Below, piece after piece: positions 40,330 to 52,549 of a DNA stretch of 64,000 bases. The position numbers were made by a program, and so were the translations under genes. The stretch is from Rhodosorus marinus CCMP1338. Its lineage: Eukaryota > Plantae > Rhodophyta. How positions within the stretch are numbered: the first letter of the stretch is position 1; each line of letters begins with the position of its first letter. The notes under the pieces are model-generated. The model made no database searches and was not told where the DNA came from. It worked only from the letters and a program-made list of their open reading frames with translations. Where the stretch lies: positions 62,001 through 126,000 of the forward strand of contig JAMWBK010000001.1 of the NCBI GenBank assembly GCA_029953675.1. Direction: 5' to 3'.

Positions 40330-41728
40330 TAGGCTAAGATTGGCGATTAACTTTGCACCAGCACCTCTTACTCAAGGGGTGCAGGTTGTAACTTTAGGCA
40401 GAATAACAGTGCCAAACAGCACAATGTGAATGTAAACACTAAAATGATTTAATCGGAAAGTCGCAAATGACCTCTCACAAAATAGATTGTCTAAAAAGCA
40501 CGCCCCACGAGATATTCCGTCTGTGGGCTGTACATACAAAATACGTGGAAAAGAGGTGGTTTGAGGTAGGTGCGCTAGGAAGTTGAAGCACGAGTATTTG
40601 CAAGAATGGGAAGTGCAATCCCGGCATAGGTTCGTGCCTCCGACGCGAATAAGCCACGTTGCGATCAGAGGACTAGGCATCATGGAACTCCCGAATAAAG
40701 AGTTTTTAACACGTCGTACGACGAGTCCGGCAACTACGAGTTTGCTGTTTCGAGCTTGGCTCTTTTGTCTCGTTGGATATTCGGGTGCCGGCTATTGGAA
40801 GCGACTGTTCCTCTTCAATTCAAGAGATCAGTCCTCTACTGATCCGTTCAACAGCAGTACATCAAAGCGCACTTCAACACGACGAAACCATTGTTAACAA
40901 ATGGATCTCATTCAAACCAATCTCAGCTTCCGAAAGAAACACGTCAATCATCGTCTAAACTAAAGATGTCTTAGTGTGTTTTCGATGGGTTGCTTCGAAT
41001 ACACGTTTCTCCCATAATCTGCCGTGCCGTCAGCTCGTTCGTTCATACTGGTGATGCGTGCTGGCGTCAGCTCCGTGACGTATCTATCGTCCTCTCCATT
41101 GTGTTCTGACTTTGACTTGTAGACCTTAACATAAACGTACCTCACGAGTCTCAACAAGACTAACCTTCAGAACATTCGAAATCCAGCCAGAAGAAGTATA
41201 AGACATTGGCATTGTTCATTTATGGAAGAAAAGTATTGTCCAAAACAAGCAAAGGGTCTACATCACCTGGACCGTCAGCGAACCCCGTCATTATTCCTAG
41301 TTTCAGATAAAAATTCGGATGCTCTTCAGCGGTATGAGAAAAGCCGGTTTATTCAGGCGCTCGGGTTCTATTTATGGTGCTGCTGAACCGGATATACATT
41401 GGGGTGGGGCGCTGATAGTGCTAGTGGATACTGTCCGAGTATTCTGTTCCATAGGCAGAGTTGTTCATCAGCTGTTCTCCAGTGCGTGACGGCTTCCCGA
41501 TTTGCATCCGCTTGAGCCCTGCTGTTTATCGGGATGATGAGTATTTAAACAGGGAGGCATAGTTGAGGGCAAAGAACTTCAGGAGTCTGCGAATGTTCCA
41601 ACGGGATGGGAGGGTCAAGTGAGGAGCAAGGGTGTAGAAGGAGATTACAGAGGCGCTTGCTTAGGTTTTTACTTGTTTCCTATTGGCGGGGAATTGAGAT
41701 TGATTAAGTTCGTTTGAGTATCTGGGAA

Positions 41729-42755
41729 ATGCGCCTAGAGACGAAAGAGCAGTCCCCCGGGACCGAAGTCTGGCCCACTCCGAGCATGAAAAGGTTCCTT
41801 GAAATTCTCAAGAAATTATATGATCCTGAGAACTACGACAAGATACTGGCGTACCAGCCGCAGCAGTCTGAAGTGTTCATCGCAACCTTTGGGAAGAGCG
41901 GGACGACGCTCATCAGCCAAATGTGTCACCAGTTGAGGACGGGGGGGCATATGGATTTTCAAGAAATTAGCGAGGTGTGTATGAGCTGGTACAAATCTTT
42001 CGCTCTCAGATACAAAACTGACTTTATAGTGTGTTCGACCAAAAAAACAACATCTACAGATGGTTCCCTTTCTGGAATTGGCATATGACGTCGGAATTGA
42101 TCCGAATAGAGAACAGATTGCGGAACCGAGGCTCACGAAGACACATCTGGACCATGATCGTTGCCCTAAAGGGGCGCGATACATAGTCGTTCTGCGTGAC
42201 CCGGCTATGGCTTTGGTTTCCTACTATAACTTCAAAGCCGGTTGGTTTTTCCGCCCGGAAGAAATCTCAGTTGATGAGTACGTTCAAACCGTTCACCTGA
42301 AGGAGCCCGAGCCAGCCACTCAGAGCTGCTTCTGCCCTGTGCACAAGTTCTTTGAGTCTTGGTGGCACCATCGGAACGATCCAGACTACCTCTTCCTCTT
42401 CTACGAGCACATCTTGGCTGACCCTGAAACTGCCGCGAGAAAGGTAAACAAATTTATGGGACTTGATGATGATGAAGAAAGAATCCAGAATGCCGTTCGC
42501 ATGTCGAGTCGCGAGTACATGTTGGAGCACGGGGACCAGTTCGACGAAGGTTTGACCAGGAAAGCCAAAGCACATCTCGGTTCGTTGCCGAATGGCAACA
42601 GTTCGAAAGTTCTTCCAAAAAATTTTCCGAAACCAAAGCTCTCTGCAGAAACTCTAGCTGAATTGGACCGGCTCTGGAAGCTCATCGTTCAGCCTACAGC
42701 GGGCTACGCTACCTATGATGACATGCTAAAAGACAATCCAATGTGCCCATCCTAA
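41729..42755 (+). CDS. PAPS-dependent sulfotransferase (Sulfotransfer_1 type), 2 exons
   Basis: Exons 41729-41974 and 42060-42755 (85-bp intron). 5'-PSB loop TFGKSGTT, PRLTKTHL, 3'-PB RDPAMALVSYY, FLFYEHILADP. Confidence 0.9.
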
Positions 42756-43059
42756 ATTAGGTTCCTAAAACTAGATAAAATTGTATAATGAAAATAAATA
42801 GGATCTGCTCGGTAATTTTCTAGAGTATGATACTAGGATATGGGTCCGATGCCATTTTCAAGCACAAATGGACGTCATCATCGTGACAAAGCTATGGAGC
42901 AAGGATTCGGCATTAGAAGAGCGAATCGTGCACCTCTCGACTTAGTAAAGAAGGATCCAAAGTTTTCACATGCTACATAACACGGGGCCTACTAGTGACC
43001 GATTTATCGACTACAAAGAGACACCTAACGGTCATTGGGAGAAATAACACATCCCCGAT

Positions 43060-44183
43060 GACTTGTCACAGAAGCTTCGCACATCCAAAAGCGCGGAGAC
43101 GAAAGCCTGATGAGGTCTGGCGATGTAGAAATAGACGAAAGTATCGCAGACTCCTTTGAGTGCGAGGATTGCTTAATTGTAAAATGGACAGCAAAGCGCA
43201 GTTCCGGACACCTGAGACATACGGAAGTCTTCTGTGAAAGTCTACATTCCGATATAGCAGGACAGTTCCCAGAAGCAATACTGAAAGGAAAATATCTGGT
43301 AGTCTAGCGTCGACGAGGCAAGCGGATGGCTAGGACGTTACCCGCTCAACGACAAAGCATGGTGGAGGAGGCATTCTAGGGGCACGTCATCTACCTCCCC
43401 ACCCAGAAGGAAGCCAAGGCAAAGAGACGCAAATACGACAAACGCAAAGGAGTACGACTCTACGTAACACATCCCTGAGGAATTAGGATTGTAAGGGACC
43501 CATAGGTCCCGTGTCCTGTACACACCTGCCAGTAGCGGAAAGAATGATTAGAACGGTCACCGAGAGGAAGAGGGCCTGTATATGCGACAGCGGCCTACTG
43601 AATTGCTTCTGGACGGAGACCTTGGATACAGTCACCAGAGAACTGAGCAAGACAATGAGAATGTCCCTCGGAAGCATAAGCTCGTACGAGTACGCCCTTG
43701 GAAAGCGGCCGAAGTCACATAACTTGTATGTACCGGAGCGGAGATTACCTTCAAGCAAGTGGAAAGTACCAAAACTCGCACCTAGTTCAACGCCGGGGGT
43801 CCTGATGCACGCAAGCGATGCCCGCGTGGTGAGGGTATCCTTGCCAAGAGAAGAGAAAAACAAAATGCGCAAGCGGAACTGGAATGTGCAGGAGGAAAAA
43901 CGCCCAGCGAAGACACAAGATCCATAGACCTGACAACAAAGGGCTCGAAAGACAGAAGCCCCCAAGAAACGCAACAAGAAGAAATACAGTATCTTTGAAT
44001 CTGCTCCGAAAGAGAGACTCCCTATATAACGTACCAGATTCAACGACATGGATGGAAGCGATCGTTGGACCGAATGCGGAAGAGCCGAGAAGAGCAGCCG
44101 GAGAAGAAATCTGCTCTTTACGAGATCTTCGAGCTCAGGATGTTCTGTCCTTGGGTGCTTGGTCCTTGGTCCTTTCGGATTAG
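43060..44183 (+). mobile_element. Ty1/Copia relic: GAG-pre-integrase, integrase core and start of RT region, frameshifted
   Basis: Motifs in Copia order across frames: CHRSFAHP, CEDCLIVK..LHSDIAG, VDEASGW..Y.L.DK, TTNAKEY..YTP, VAERMIRT..SGLLNCFWTE..YEYALGKRP, then PDSTTWMEAIVGPNAEE..AAGEEICSL..WSLV. Confidence 0.85.
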
Positions 44184-44260
44184 CTTCCAGGTTCCATTTT
44201 CTCGTACGCGACAGACGATCATCCGTTTTTCGTATTCATTGAATTTTGGATTGAAAATGT

Positions 44261-44399
44261 GAGACGATGCAGATTACCTATTGTTCTATGACATCGTTCC
44301 AACCGGGAGAGCGCTTTGAGGGAGTTGAACGAGTCCATGGGCCTGCCTGAGCATGAAGAGAGAATCCAAATATACTGGCAGTTGATTCAACCTGTGTGA
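44261..44399 (+). pseudogene. Truncated, internally deleted copy of the neighbouring sulfotransferase
   Basis: DADYLLFYDI, then after a frameshift RESALRELNESMGLPEHEERIQ-IYWQLIQP. This matches NDPDYLFLFYEHI..PETAARKVNKFMGLDDDEERIQ..LWKLIVQP of 41729-42755. Confidence 0.75.
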
Positions 44400-44761
44400 A
44401 TATAACACAAAATACGGCCTGAGGAGGTGGTACGCCCGGAGCCTTCCCCAAGAAACTTTGGACTTGATCCAAGCAGCGTGGAAGGAGTTGTGGACTCAGC
44501 TACCAGTTAGGCATCGTATCCAGAAATGGTGGCCTCAGCTCGAAGAGAGATAATCAAGACATAAACCCGTTGAAATGATATTTAGGGCCACGTCGTAAAC
44601 GTCCCCTTGGAGAACCCAACTAATTCCCGATGACACAATCCTTTCGGTCGGCATGTTAGTGTTTCAGGCACAGTCGCTCTTCTGCCCTTCCGCGGCACAT
44701 TCACCACAACTTTGCAATAGGTCTGTATAAGTTTTGGCAGGTACACTGATCTTCACGGCGC

Positions 44762-45040
44762 ACGTTGGAAGGTCAGACGGCTGGATTGAGTTGGAGTTCA
44801 TGTAGTGTGGCAGTAACTGGACCAAATACAGAGACAAGTTAGCGACTCGCGTAGCGGCCTGTACAAAACGCTCACGAAGACCGCTATTTTGGACATGGAG
44901 CCGTACGTTGGACGGTCAGACGGCTGCATTGAGCTTGAGTAGATGTAGTGTGGCCGTGGTGGGACCAAATACAGCGACCAGTTGGGGATTGCCTTGAGGG
45001 CTGGGCAAGACCCTGACGAAACACTGTTTGGGACATGGAT
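44762..45040. repeat. Tandem duplication, ~143-bp unit x2
   Basis: acgttgga.ggtcagacggctg.attgag.t.gagt..atgtagtgtggc.gt...ggaccaaatacag.gac.agtt..ttt.ggacatgga, starting at 44762 and 44905. Confidence 0.85.
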
Positions 45041-45401
45041 GTCTCACCCTATCCCTTTTTCGCAGCATTGAACACTATCTGCGGCTCAAGTTGCTAGTAG
45101 GAGCCAAACTGAAGCGGGGCTGTTCTTGACTTCCACCGTTGGCTGGATACGACTCCGTGGTTGGTAATCATTTGTCGACTAGCCAGTTTGAATGTGAACC
45201 TTCCTTGCGGACTTAACAAGTCGCCGCCACATGCCGTCTCGTAGAGGCGATATAATTGGGACATCCTTTAAAATCACATATTCATATCCGACCTTAGCAC
45301 TGCAGTTAAACTCCTTCCTACGCTCAAGCTCAATGATCGACCACTGTAAGCAAAGTTGGGCGAAGAATCCTCCAATTCCATGCCCGTACCAATTGGCTTC
45401 G

Positions 45402-47147
45402 TCACCAATTCCCCGTTCTCAACAGTCTTGAAAACGTAGAATTGAAGCAAAGAAGAAACGACAGTCCAGTAAGCAAATTATCAAGAGCCACGACCATATT
45501 CGTTTCCCCATAACGGTTTTCGAGGGATCTTCTTACCGCCACATCTTCTCCCCGCTCCACTTCCTTATATTCAATCACCACGCCATTGTCTAGTTGCTCT
45601 TCGAACGCTGCCCTGCACTTGTTCATGAGAAACGAGCATACGACCCCCACAAGACTCCAGGCAATAACATTCGAGAAATAAGATAGATACACCTCAGCAG
45701 GCTCGGCCGATACCGCCGCCGCATCCTCCACGGCAGCCATGTACATACCAAACAGCATAGTCGCGAGCCCATCCGTCAAACCAGCTGCAATCCTAGTTTG
45801 GCCAGGAGAAGAAAACGCCCATGGTATCGGGGGAGGGAGAAACGTCGGTGTCAACAATAGAACAAGCTACTTACTCAGGATTTCTTGCACGACAAGATAA
45901 GCGATGACCTAAATAGGAACATCGCCCTCTGCCTAACGCTCTGTCTTCAGGGGACCCCAATGCTGGCCCAGGCCTAAAAGGATTGAAGCAAACGAGCTCC
46001 CGGGGTTTAAGGTAGTTTCTACTCACCCAAACACAACCGCTGCGTTTCTTGGAGCGAACATTTGTCTGCACATGATCGCAGCTAGAACACCAGCCCCGGA
46101 GAATGACATAAAGGTGATCGATATACACAACATGACGCCAGAGAACGAACCGGCGTGATAAAACACGCCTATTAAGATAAACGCGAGGCTCTGCAGGGAG
46201 AAGATAATGATCGACAGATTCTTTCCTCCTGACCAAAAGAATCCAGCCCCAAACCCGCACACATCCGCAAGGATTCCGGTGCAGAATCGGGTTACCATTG
46301 ACACGACCGACATCGCGGCAAACCACGACGCGGCTTGTCCTGGTGACATTCCGAAAAGGCCATTCAAGACAGCCGGGAAGCCGCTAAGAATACCGAACGA
46401 CGGACCAGCTCCCATCGCCACGATCCACAGCAGGCAGTAGAACTGCCATTGTGCCACGAGCCTCCACCCAAGTCTCACACCAGTATTGTTGGACATAATC
46501 TTGTCTCCAAGCAACGCAATTTCCTCGACCGATCGAGGATCCCACCCCTCGGGCGGGTATCTTACGATCAATGCGGCGAAGAAAGTTGGTATCGTGAAAA
46601 CCGCCGTTGTCGCGTGCATTCCATTGACTATGCCGCCCAACCAAACTGCCATAGCGTCATAGCATTTTGCACCAAAAATCTGACCCATGCCCATACTCCC
46701 CATACTGATTCCCATGGCGAGACCTGGAGCGTCCGGCATCCATCTGGCTGTATGTTCGACGCCAACCAGATAGATTACACCAACTCCTAACCCCTCAATG
46801 CTCAGAGCGAGGGACATTAGGCCGGCACTATGGACTTTAACTGCGTACGCAGCAACCGATTGAAACACCATGGCTATAACTCCGAACATGGTGAACTGCC
46901 GAAGCCTCTGAGGGAAAAAGTCCAGGAAGTAAGCTCCGGTGCAGAGCGTGATGGCCGCGACAAAAGACTGTATCGAGAGCCCCGATGTGAACGCCGAGAG
47001 CATAGACGGGTCATATTCACGTAGCGAAAGCGAAAACGCAGAGAGAGAGTATGTCGACCCAAACACAAAACACAGGATACATGATACTGGAATATACAAC
47101 CGCCACCTGAGCGTGCTCAAATTCTTCCCTCCTCCATCCTCGCCCAT
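45402..47147 (-). CDS. MFS transporter (OFA/oxalate-formate antiporter-like), 2 exons
   Basis: ATG at 47147. Exons 47147-46027 and 45792-45402 (234-bp intron, giving VVFGIAAGL). About 12 hydrophobic segments; FVFGSTYSLSAF, RWMPDAPGLAMG, QFYCLLW, RFCTGILAD. Confidence 0.85.
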
Positions 47148-48824
47148 CTGTGCTATAGAAAAGCTCACTCAAGCCCGATACCAGCTCGTTACAAGTTAGG
47201 TCCCCCACACTCCCTCAAGACCGTACCAGATTGGACCAACCTACCCCTTCTGCACCCTCCCCTCCCCTTCCCTCCCCTTCACCCGAATTTTTCCCTATTC
47301 TTGAATCAAAATTTCACTCCAACGCCGACCAAGTGTCGCTCTCCATTCCAATTCCAAACGCACCACCACCCAACCACAGTACCTAGTTTTGGTCAAAAGC
47401 ACGGTATCATGCCATTGCTCTCCATTGGCAGTGGGTTGCTAACGGGTCGGCGTTCGACTGGTAGGTACATTTTAGAGTATATCATCAGTTACCGGAATGA
47501 GTGGCATGGGCTCCTGTAATGGCGGACTTTAGCCTTTTACAAAACTTCTCGATATATCCTTTGACAGAATGCATGAGAGTTATGGTGATGCTGTATACTC
47601 CATCATTGATTGGTTTGCCTACATGAAAGGTCAATGATCACATGGTGATCGCCGCATGCGATGTGATGGTATCGCCTTGAGATGGTGATATGCCAAGGCC
47701 CACATTGGTGTGCAATGGGGGCCGTGAAATCGCTCGTTCGATACCAAGTTCAGTAAAGAAAAGAGGAAAACAAAGGCCAAGATATGTCTTGCAATAAAGT
47801 AGGTAAATTTTTAGTTAAAAGTGCTCTGGCGTGGTCGAGGCAGGAGATTTCTCAGGAATTCACTTTTAGCAGGAGCCGAAACCACATCTTCTCCAATGAA
47901 CTTTTTTGCCGTTGTATATTTTTGGATATTCAAGTTTACTAGGCGCTGACTATGGACCGGACAATCAGAGATATGGACACTCCGAAAGTCTTTAAACATT
48001 CCGGAAAAAGTAAATTGGTCCTACGTTTTCCTGCCTTTCGGTGGGCACTCGCGTAACGTTTTGAGTATATGGGCTTGATGTGGTAAATTTCTTCTCTCTA
48101 CTGGAGGTGTGGACTTTGTCTTTTGATGGCTACCATGCATCAGGCTTTAAAATCCCGTAAGTAGCTTCTCGATATAGGCGTTCATTGGGACGGAGCTACG
48201 CGAACAATCCGGTGATTATGTTGCCTCTTGTCTCCCAATATATAAAACTTTCTATCTAGTTGACCTCTTACGACATAAGCTCAATAGGTCGCCATGCCAA
48301 CACTCCCGGTTGAGGTCACCCCAAAACCTACTGGATCAGCTGCGCACTCGCTCTGTCTTTCAGTGAGTTGTCATTGTGCCTTGGAACGCGCTTATTCAAA
48401 TTCCAAAATTTAAGGATCACGTCCGGAGCAGTCCATGGAACAACTCGTCGTTGCAGAGACCACTGGAATCTCATGGGTGGCGCCAACGAGCACTGACGGG
48501 ATGAGCATCCTCAGCCCTGCCTCAACGGACCACATTGAATTTCGTGACTTCATGTTTGTCGCTGAATAAGAGGCAATGTTGGGGTTTGGAGAAACCCCCT
48601 TGCTAGTAAATCCGATAGCCAAGATACTAGAATCGGAGGTAGTTTTAGTCGCCATGAGACTGGCTGGGGTTGACAATCTTCAAGGGACTAGACCCCTTAC
48701 ATGACGAATTAAATAAATACAGGCTTTAATGTGTTCATCGAATACAAAGTGGGCAGCTCTTTCCGTACACATCTCCCCGGATTGGAGTTCTTGTTTTCTA
48801 GTGAAACACCGGTTTCATATGTGG

Positions 48825-50312
48825 TCATATTCGCACGGTATGAGCCTCCTCCACAATGGAATTCCAATTCTTTGGCCACTGCGGTTGCAGCCAATAACTT
48901 AAAAAGCTCCAAAATCCACGAACTTTGCGGCCCATCCCCATCTCCCTCATGAGGTCGTCATGATAGTAAGGACTATGCGCTTGTACAATAGTTGCTCTAT
49001 ACCTCTCAGTTGGATAGAATCTCCTTTTACTCGCCTTCATCTTCCTTAGATCCTCCTCCATCTCCTTCCTCTTCGGCATCGGACGGTCCCCTGCCAGTAA
49101 CTGAGCAAGCCAGACGCTCTGAACGGTATCGGTGAACGGGTTTACGTACGACGAGCAGTTCGACCCAACGAATGCCAAACCATTTACAGTGGTAGGTAGC
49201 ATGTTTTTGTAAAGGTAGAGACCGTCTTCATCAGGTTGCAATCGTTTCCCAATGTCTCCGTCGAAGATCTGGAATGTGTAGTCCCATCCAGTCGCCAAAA
49301 CTATCAGATCTGCTTCCAGGACCTTACCATTGGCGAGGTTTGCCGTTTTGCCCTCAACCTCGGATACTGTAGTTTTGTACACTCTTATCTTTTTCTTCCT
49401 CAGCGCCTTGAGGTAGTTGATATCGGACACCGACGTTCGGGTTGAATGAGCTTCGTGAAGTAACGAGGTGTTTGGCCAAGCACTAAACGGGATTCTGAAA
49501 GAAACAAGAAGCGCGATTTCGAAGAGTTTGAGGAGTGGCCATTTGACGGGAGTGAGGAGCCAATGGAGAGCTTGGGTGACACGGTTTCCGTGATAGAATG
49601 GGGACAAGAATAGGAGCAAGCCGCGCGTGAAGAAAAGCCTTCCGTTATTAACCGGCCCGAGGTATAGGGGGACGGTAAAGTATTTAGTACGGCCAACGTG
49701 AGAAACGCTTTTTGCCACGGTCGAGGCTGTCGTTGCGGCGTCAATCCCGCTCTTTCCCGCTCCGACTACCACCACGTTCTTTCCCGCGAAAACTTCCGTG
49801 GACCGATATTCTGAAGAATGAATGAGCTTTCCCTGAAAGTGTTGCTCTCCTTCTAGCTTGATTCTATTCGGCTTGTCTGAGTATAGCCCATTGCACATCA
49901 CCAAGTACGCGAACTCCTCGATTCTACTTTCCCCAGTCGTCAAGTCCTCGATTGACAAAGCCCAGCTTGAATCCTCCAACTGCAGGACGCTGGTGACCTT
50001 CGATTTGAACCGGAAACTATCTCGAATCCCGTTCGCATCAACAAATGTCTCCAAATACTCACAAACCTGGTCCATAGAGGGATTGGCGTCCACGTCATCC
50101 TTAAACCGTTGCTCCGGATACTCGTACAAATAGTGAGGCAGTTGAACACAGGCCCCATAGTAGTTGTCTACCCATAATCCGCCGACACGATCCTTGCTCT
50201 CAAACACCACACATTCAATTCCCCTCTTGCGAAGCGCATGACACGCCGCCACTCCAGCCACTCCAGCTCCAATCACCGCTACTCTCTTGTATCTCCTCCT
50301 TTCAGTCTCCAT
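48825..50312 (-). CDS. Flavin-containing monooxygenase, copy 1
   Basis: Intronless, ATG at 50312. IGAGVAG (FAD), GGLW, FQGKLIHSSEY (FxGxxxHxxxY), VVGAGKSGID (NADPH), LATGW. Confidence 0.95.
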   Translation of the reverse strand: METERRRYKRVAVIGAGVAGVAACHALRKRGIECVVFESKDRVGGLWVDNYYGACVQLPHYLYEYPEQRFKDDVDANPSMDQVCEYLETFVDANGIRDSFRFKSKVTSVLQLEDSSWALSIEDLTTGESRIEEFAYLVMCNGLYSDKPNRIKLEGEQHFQGKLIHSSEYRSTEVFAGKNVVVVGAGKSGIDAATTASTVAKSVSHVGRTKYFTVPLYLGPVNNGRLFFTRGLLLFLSPFYHGNRVTQALHWLLTPVKWPLLKLFEIALLVSFRIPFSAWPNTSLLHEAHSTRTSVSDINYLKALRKKKIRVYKTTVSEVEGKTANLANGKVLEADLIVLATGWDYTFQIFDGDIGKRLQPDEDGLYLYKNMLPTTVNGLAFVGSNCSSYVNPFTDTVQSVWLAQLLAGDRPMPKRKEMEEDLRKMKASKRRFYPTERYRATIVQAHSPYYHDDLMREMGMGRKVRGFWSFLSYWLQPQWPKNWNSIVEEAHTVRI

Positions 50313-51058
50313 CCCACCCACAAAGAAAATACAAGAGCTAAAGCAAAGACTATGCCACTCTCTCCTCCCCTCTGCAGTGTGAGCCCCTCAAACCTCACGC
50401 GCTCTACATCTGATTTGTAAGTACATTAACGAAGCAGCGTTCGCCTCCGCAAACACGTGACCGTGTCCGAATACGTTCTGGTAACTAACTCTGAGTCAAT
50501 CAAGTACGTGCCGCCAAACTGATACTGGCGAGGTGTTGGTGGGTGGAAGGGTTGAGTAGGGTTTGAGACTAGGTGTGTGATAAGAGCTTATCATTCAAGC
50601 AATTAATATCCAGGGTTTCTCCTCGTTGTACCGGAAATAGTGTAATCGCTGCGATAGGCTGGACTCCTCATTACAATCTCTTGAACGTGTCCTGGGTTTA
50701 ATATTTTCATTGTCTCACGGCTGGGGCCTCTGGGGAAGGTAGTTAATGTTTGATTAAAGGGTTAATCTGATATCATATGACATCTTGGAATGTGGCTGGC
50801 GGGTTTGTAGTTCCAGCAACGCGGTGCCTCGTTGAAGTCGCAAAGGTTAAGCGAGTTTGAAAAATCTCAGGTTTGGCCGCACGCAATCCGTTCTAGTCCC
50901 GCGCTGTCACGGTTCAGCAGCCTCTCTGGCGCAAGGCTTGGCGGTTCCCCTTAAGACTTACGCATGACCACAACTTGTTTTACGATCATGATCAAAGTGG
51001 GATTCAGATAATAGATTGACGACGATCGCAAGCAATCCTTCACCAAGTTCAGTCCATG

Positions 51059-52549
51059 TTATGCAGAAAGTGTACGTTTTTTGTGCGCCTCTTCCATGAT
51101 GCCCTTCCACATTCTTGGGTAGTTTGGTTTGAACCAGTAGCTGAACCAGCTACGGATACCTTTTCCGCGCCGCGGACGGATGCCCATTTCACGGATGAGA
51201 TCGTCGTGGTAGAAATTACCGTGTGCTCCGTACACAGTTGCACGGTTTCCGCCAGGGTAGTACTTGCGTTTAAACTCCTTCATCCTGTCCACGTCGTCTC
51301 CCATATCGCTCGGGGATGGCAAAGCTCGGTCGCCGGCGATTAGTTGGGCAAGCCAGATGCTCTGGACAGATGCTGTGAAAGGGTTCGTATAGGTCGACGT
51401 ATTGGATCCGATGAACGCCAAGCGCTCCACGTTCACCGGAATCATATTCTTGTACATGTACATACCATCCTGCTCAGGTCTAAGCCTTTCGATGGTATCT
51501 TTCTCGAAAATTGGAAAGTCATATTCCCATCCAGTGGCCAGAACGATGACATCTGCTTCCACAGTTTTGCCGTTGGCGAGGACCACTGAGTTGGCTGTTA
51601 CATGTTCAATCGTCGTGTGTTCAAGTTCGAAGTCACGTTTTCTTATCGCGCTCATGTATTTGTGATCCGTTACGGTCGCCCCAACCGTGAAGATTACGTG
51701 TTGAAGTGAAACGTCTGGCCATGCACGGAAGGGTAGGCGGCTTTGAATTAGCATCCCAGCTTCCATGAACTTGAAGGTAAGCCACTTGAACGGTCTGAAG
51801 AACCAGTGTATCCTCTTCGCGTACGTCGGCGTCCGGTAGTAAGGAGGTAGGACGAGGCAGACAGCCCGACCAAAGAAGAGCGGGGCGAGCGGGATACCAA
51901 GCAGATTCTCCGGAACGGTCCACATCCTTGTCCTTGCAATCTGAACAACGTTTTCTGACACAGGACATGCAGATACAACAGTATCAATTCCGCTCTTCCC
52001 GCTTCCTACGACAATTACTTTCTTCCCCGAAAATATTTCAGTTGAGCGGTATTCGCTCGAGTGTATAATATCTCCTGCGAATTCTTTCTGCCCTTTCATC
52101 TCAGAGCGGTGGGGAATTCTCGAGAACATGCCGCTACAGACAACGAGGTATCCATACTCCTCCACAGCCTTTTCTCCGGTCTCGACGTCCTCGATCTCCA
52201 GTTCCCATCGGGAATTTGCGAGCTGCCTTGCCATATGAATGGATGCACCAAATCTGAGATTTCCTCGAATACCGCTCTTATCGATGAACTTGTCCAAATA
52301 GTCCGTCACCTGGGCCATTGTGGGGAAGCGGCCAACATCTTCAGGGAAGCGGAGCTCGGGATACTCAAAAAGAAACTTTGGCGTCTGAACGTGTGCGTCG
52401 TAGTAGTTGTCCACCCACAAACCACCCGCACGAGCTTTCTCCTCAAAGACCACACACTCCACGCCCTTTTGATGTAGAGCATGGCAAGTCGCCAGGCCGG
52501 ATACCCCGGCGCCAATTATTGCAACACGATCAATCTCCTGGATGGCCAT
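51059..52549 (-). CDS. Flavin-containing monooxygenase, copy 2
   Basis: Intronless, 496 aa. IGAGVSG, GGLW, FAGDIIHSSEY, VVGSGKSGID, LATGW. Confidence 0.95.
   Translation of the reverse strand: MAIQEIDRVAIIGAGVSGLATCHALHQKGVECVVFEEKARAGGLWVDNYYDAHVQTPKFLFEYPELRFPEDVGRFPTMAQVTDYLDKFIDKSGIRGNLRFGASIHMARQLANSRWELEIEDVETGEKAVEEYGYLVVCSGMFSRIPHRSEMKGQKEFAGDIIHSSEYRSTEIFSGKKVIVVGSGKSGIDTVVSACPVSENVVQIARTRMWTVPENLLGIPLAPLFFGRAVCLVLPPYYRTPTYAKRIHWFFRPFKWLTFKFMEAGMLIQSRLPFRAWPDVSLQHVIFTVGATVTDHKYMSAIRKRDFELEHTTIEHVTANSVVLANGKTVEADVIVLATGWEYDFPIFEKDTIERLRPEQDGMYMYKNMIPVNVERLAFIGSNTSTYTNPFTASVQSIWLAQLIAGDRALPSPSDMGDDVDRMKEFKRKYYPGGNRATVYGAHGNFYHDDLIREMGIRPRRGKGIRSWFSYWFKPNYPRMWKGIMEEAHKKRTLSA

Noticed and set aside
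47244-47280. G-run tract on the MFS sense strand upstream of the ATG (G-quadruplex potential)
   Set aside because: Similar C/G homopolymer tracts occur at several intergenic sites in the window, so it is not distinctive.
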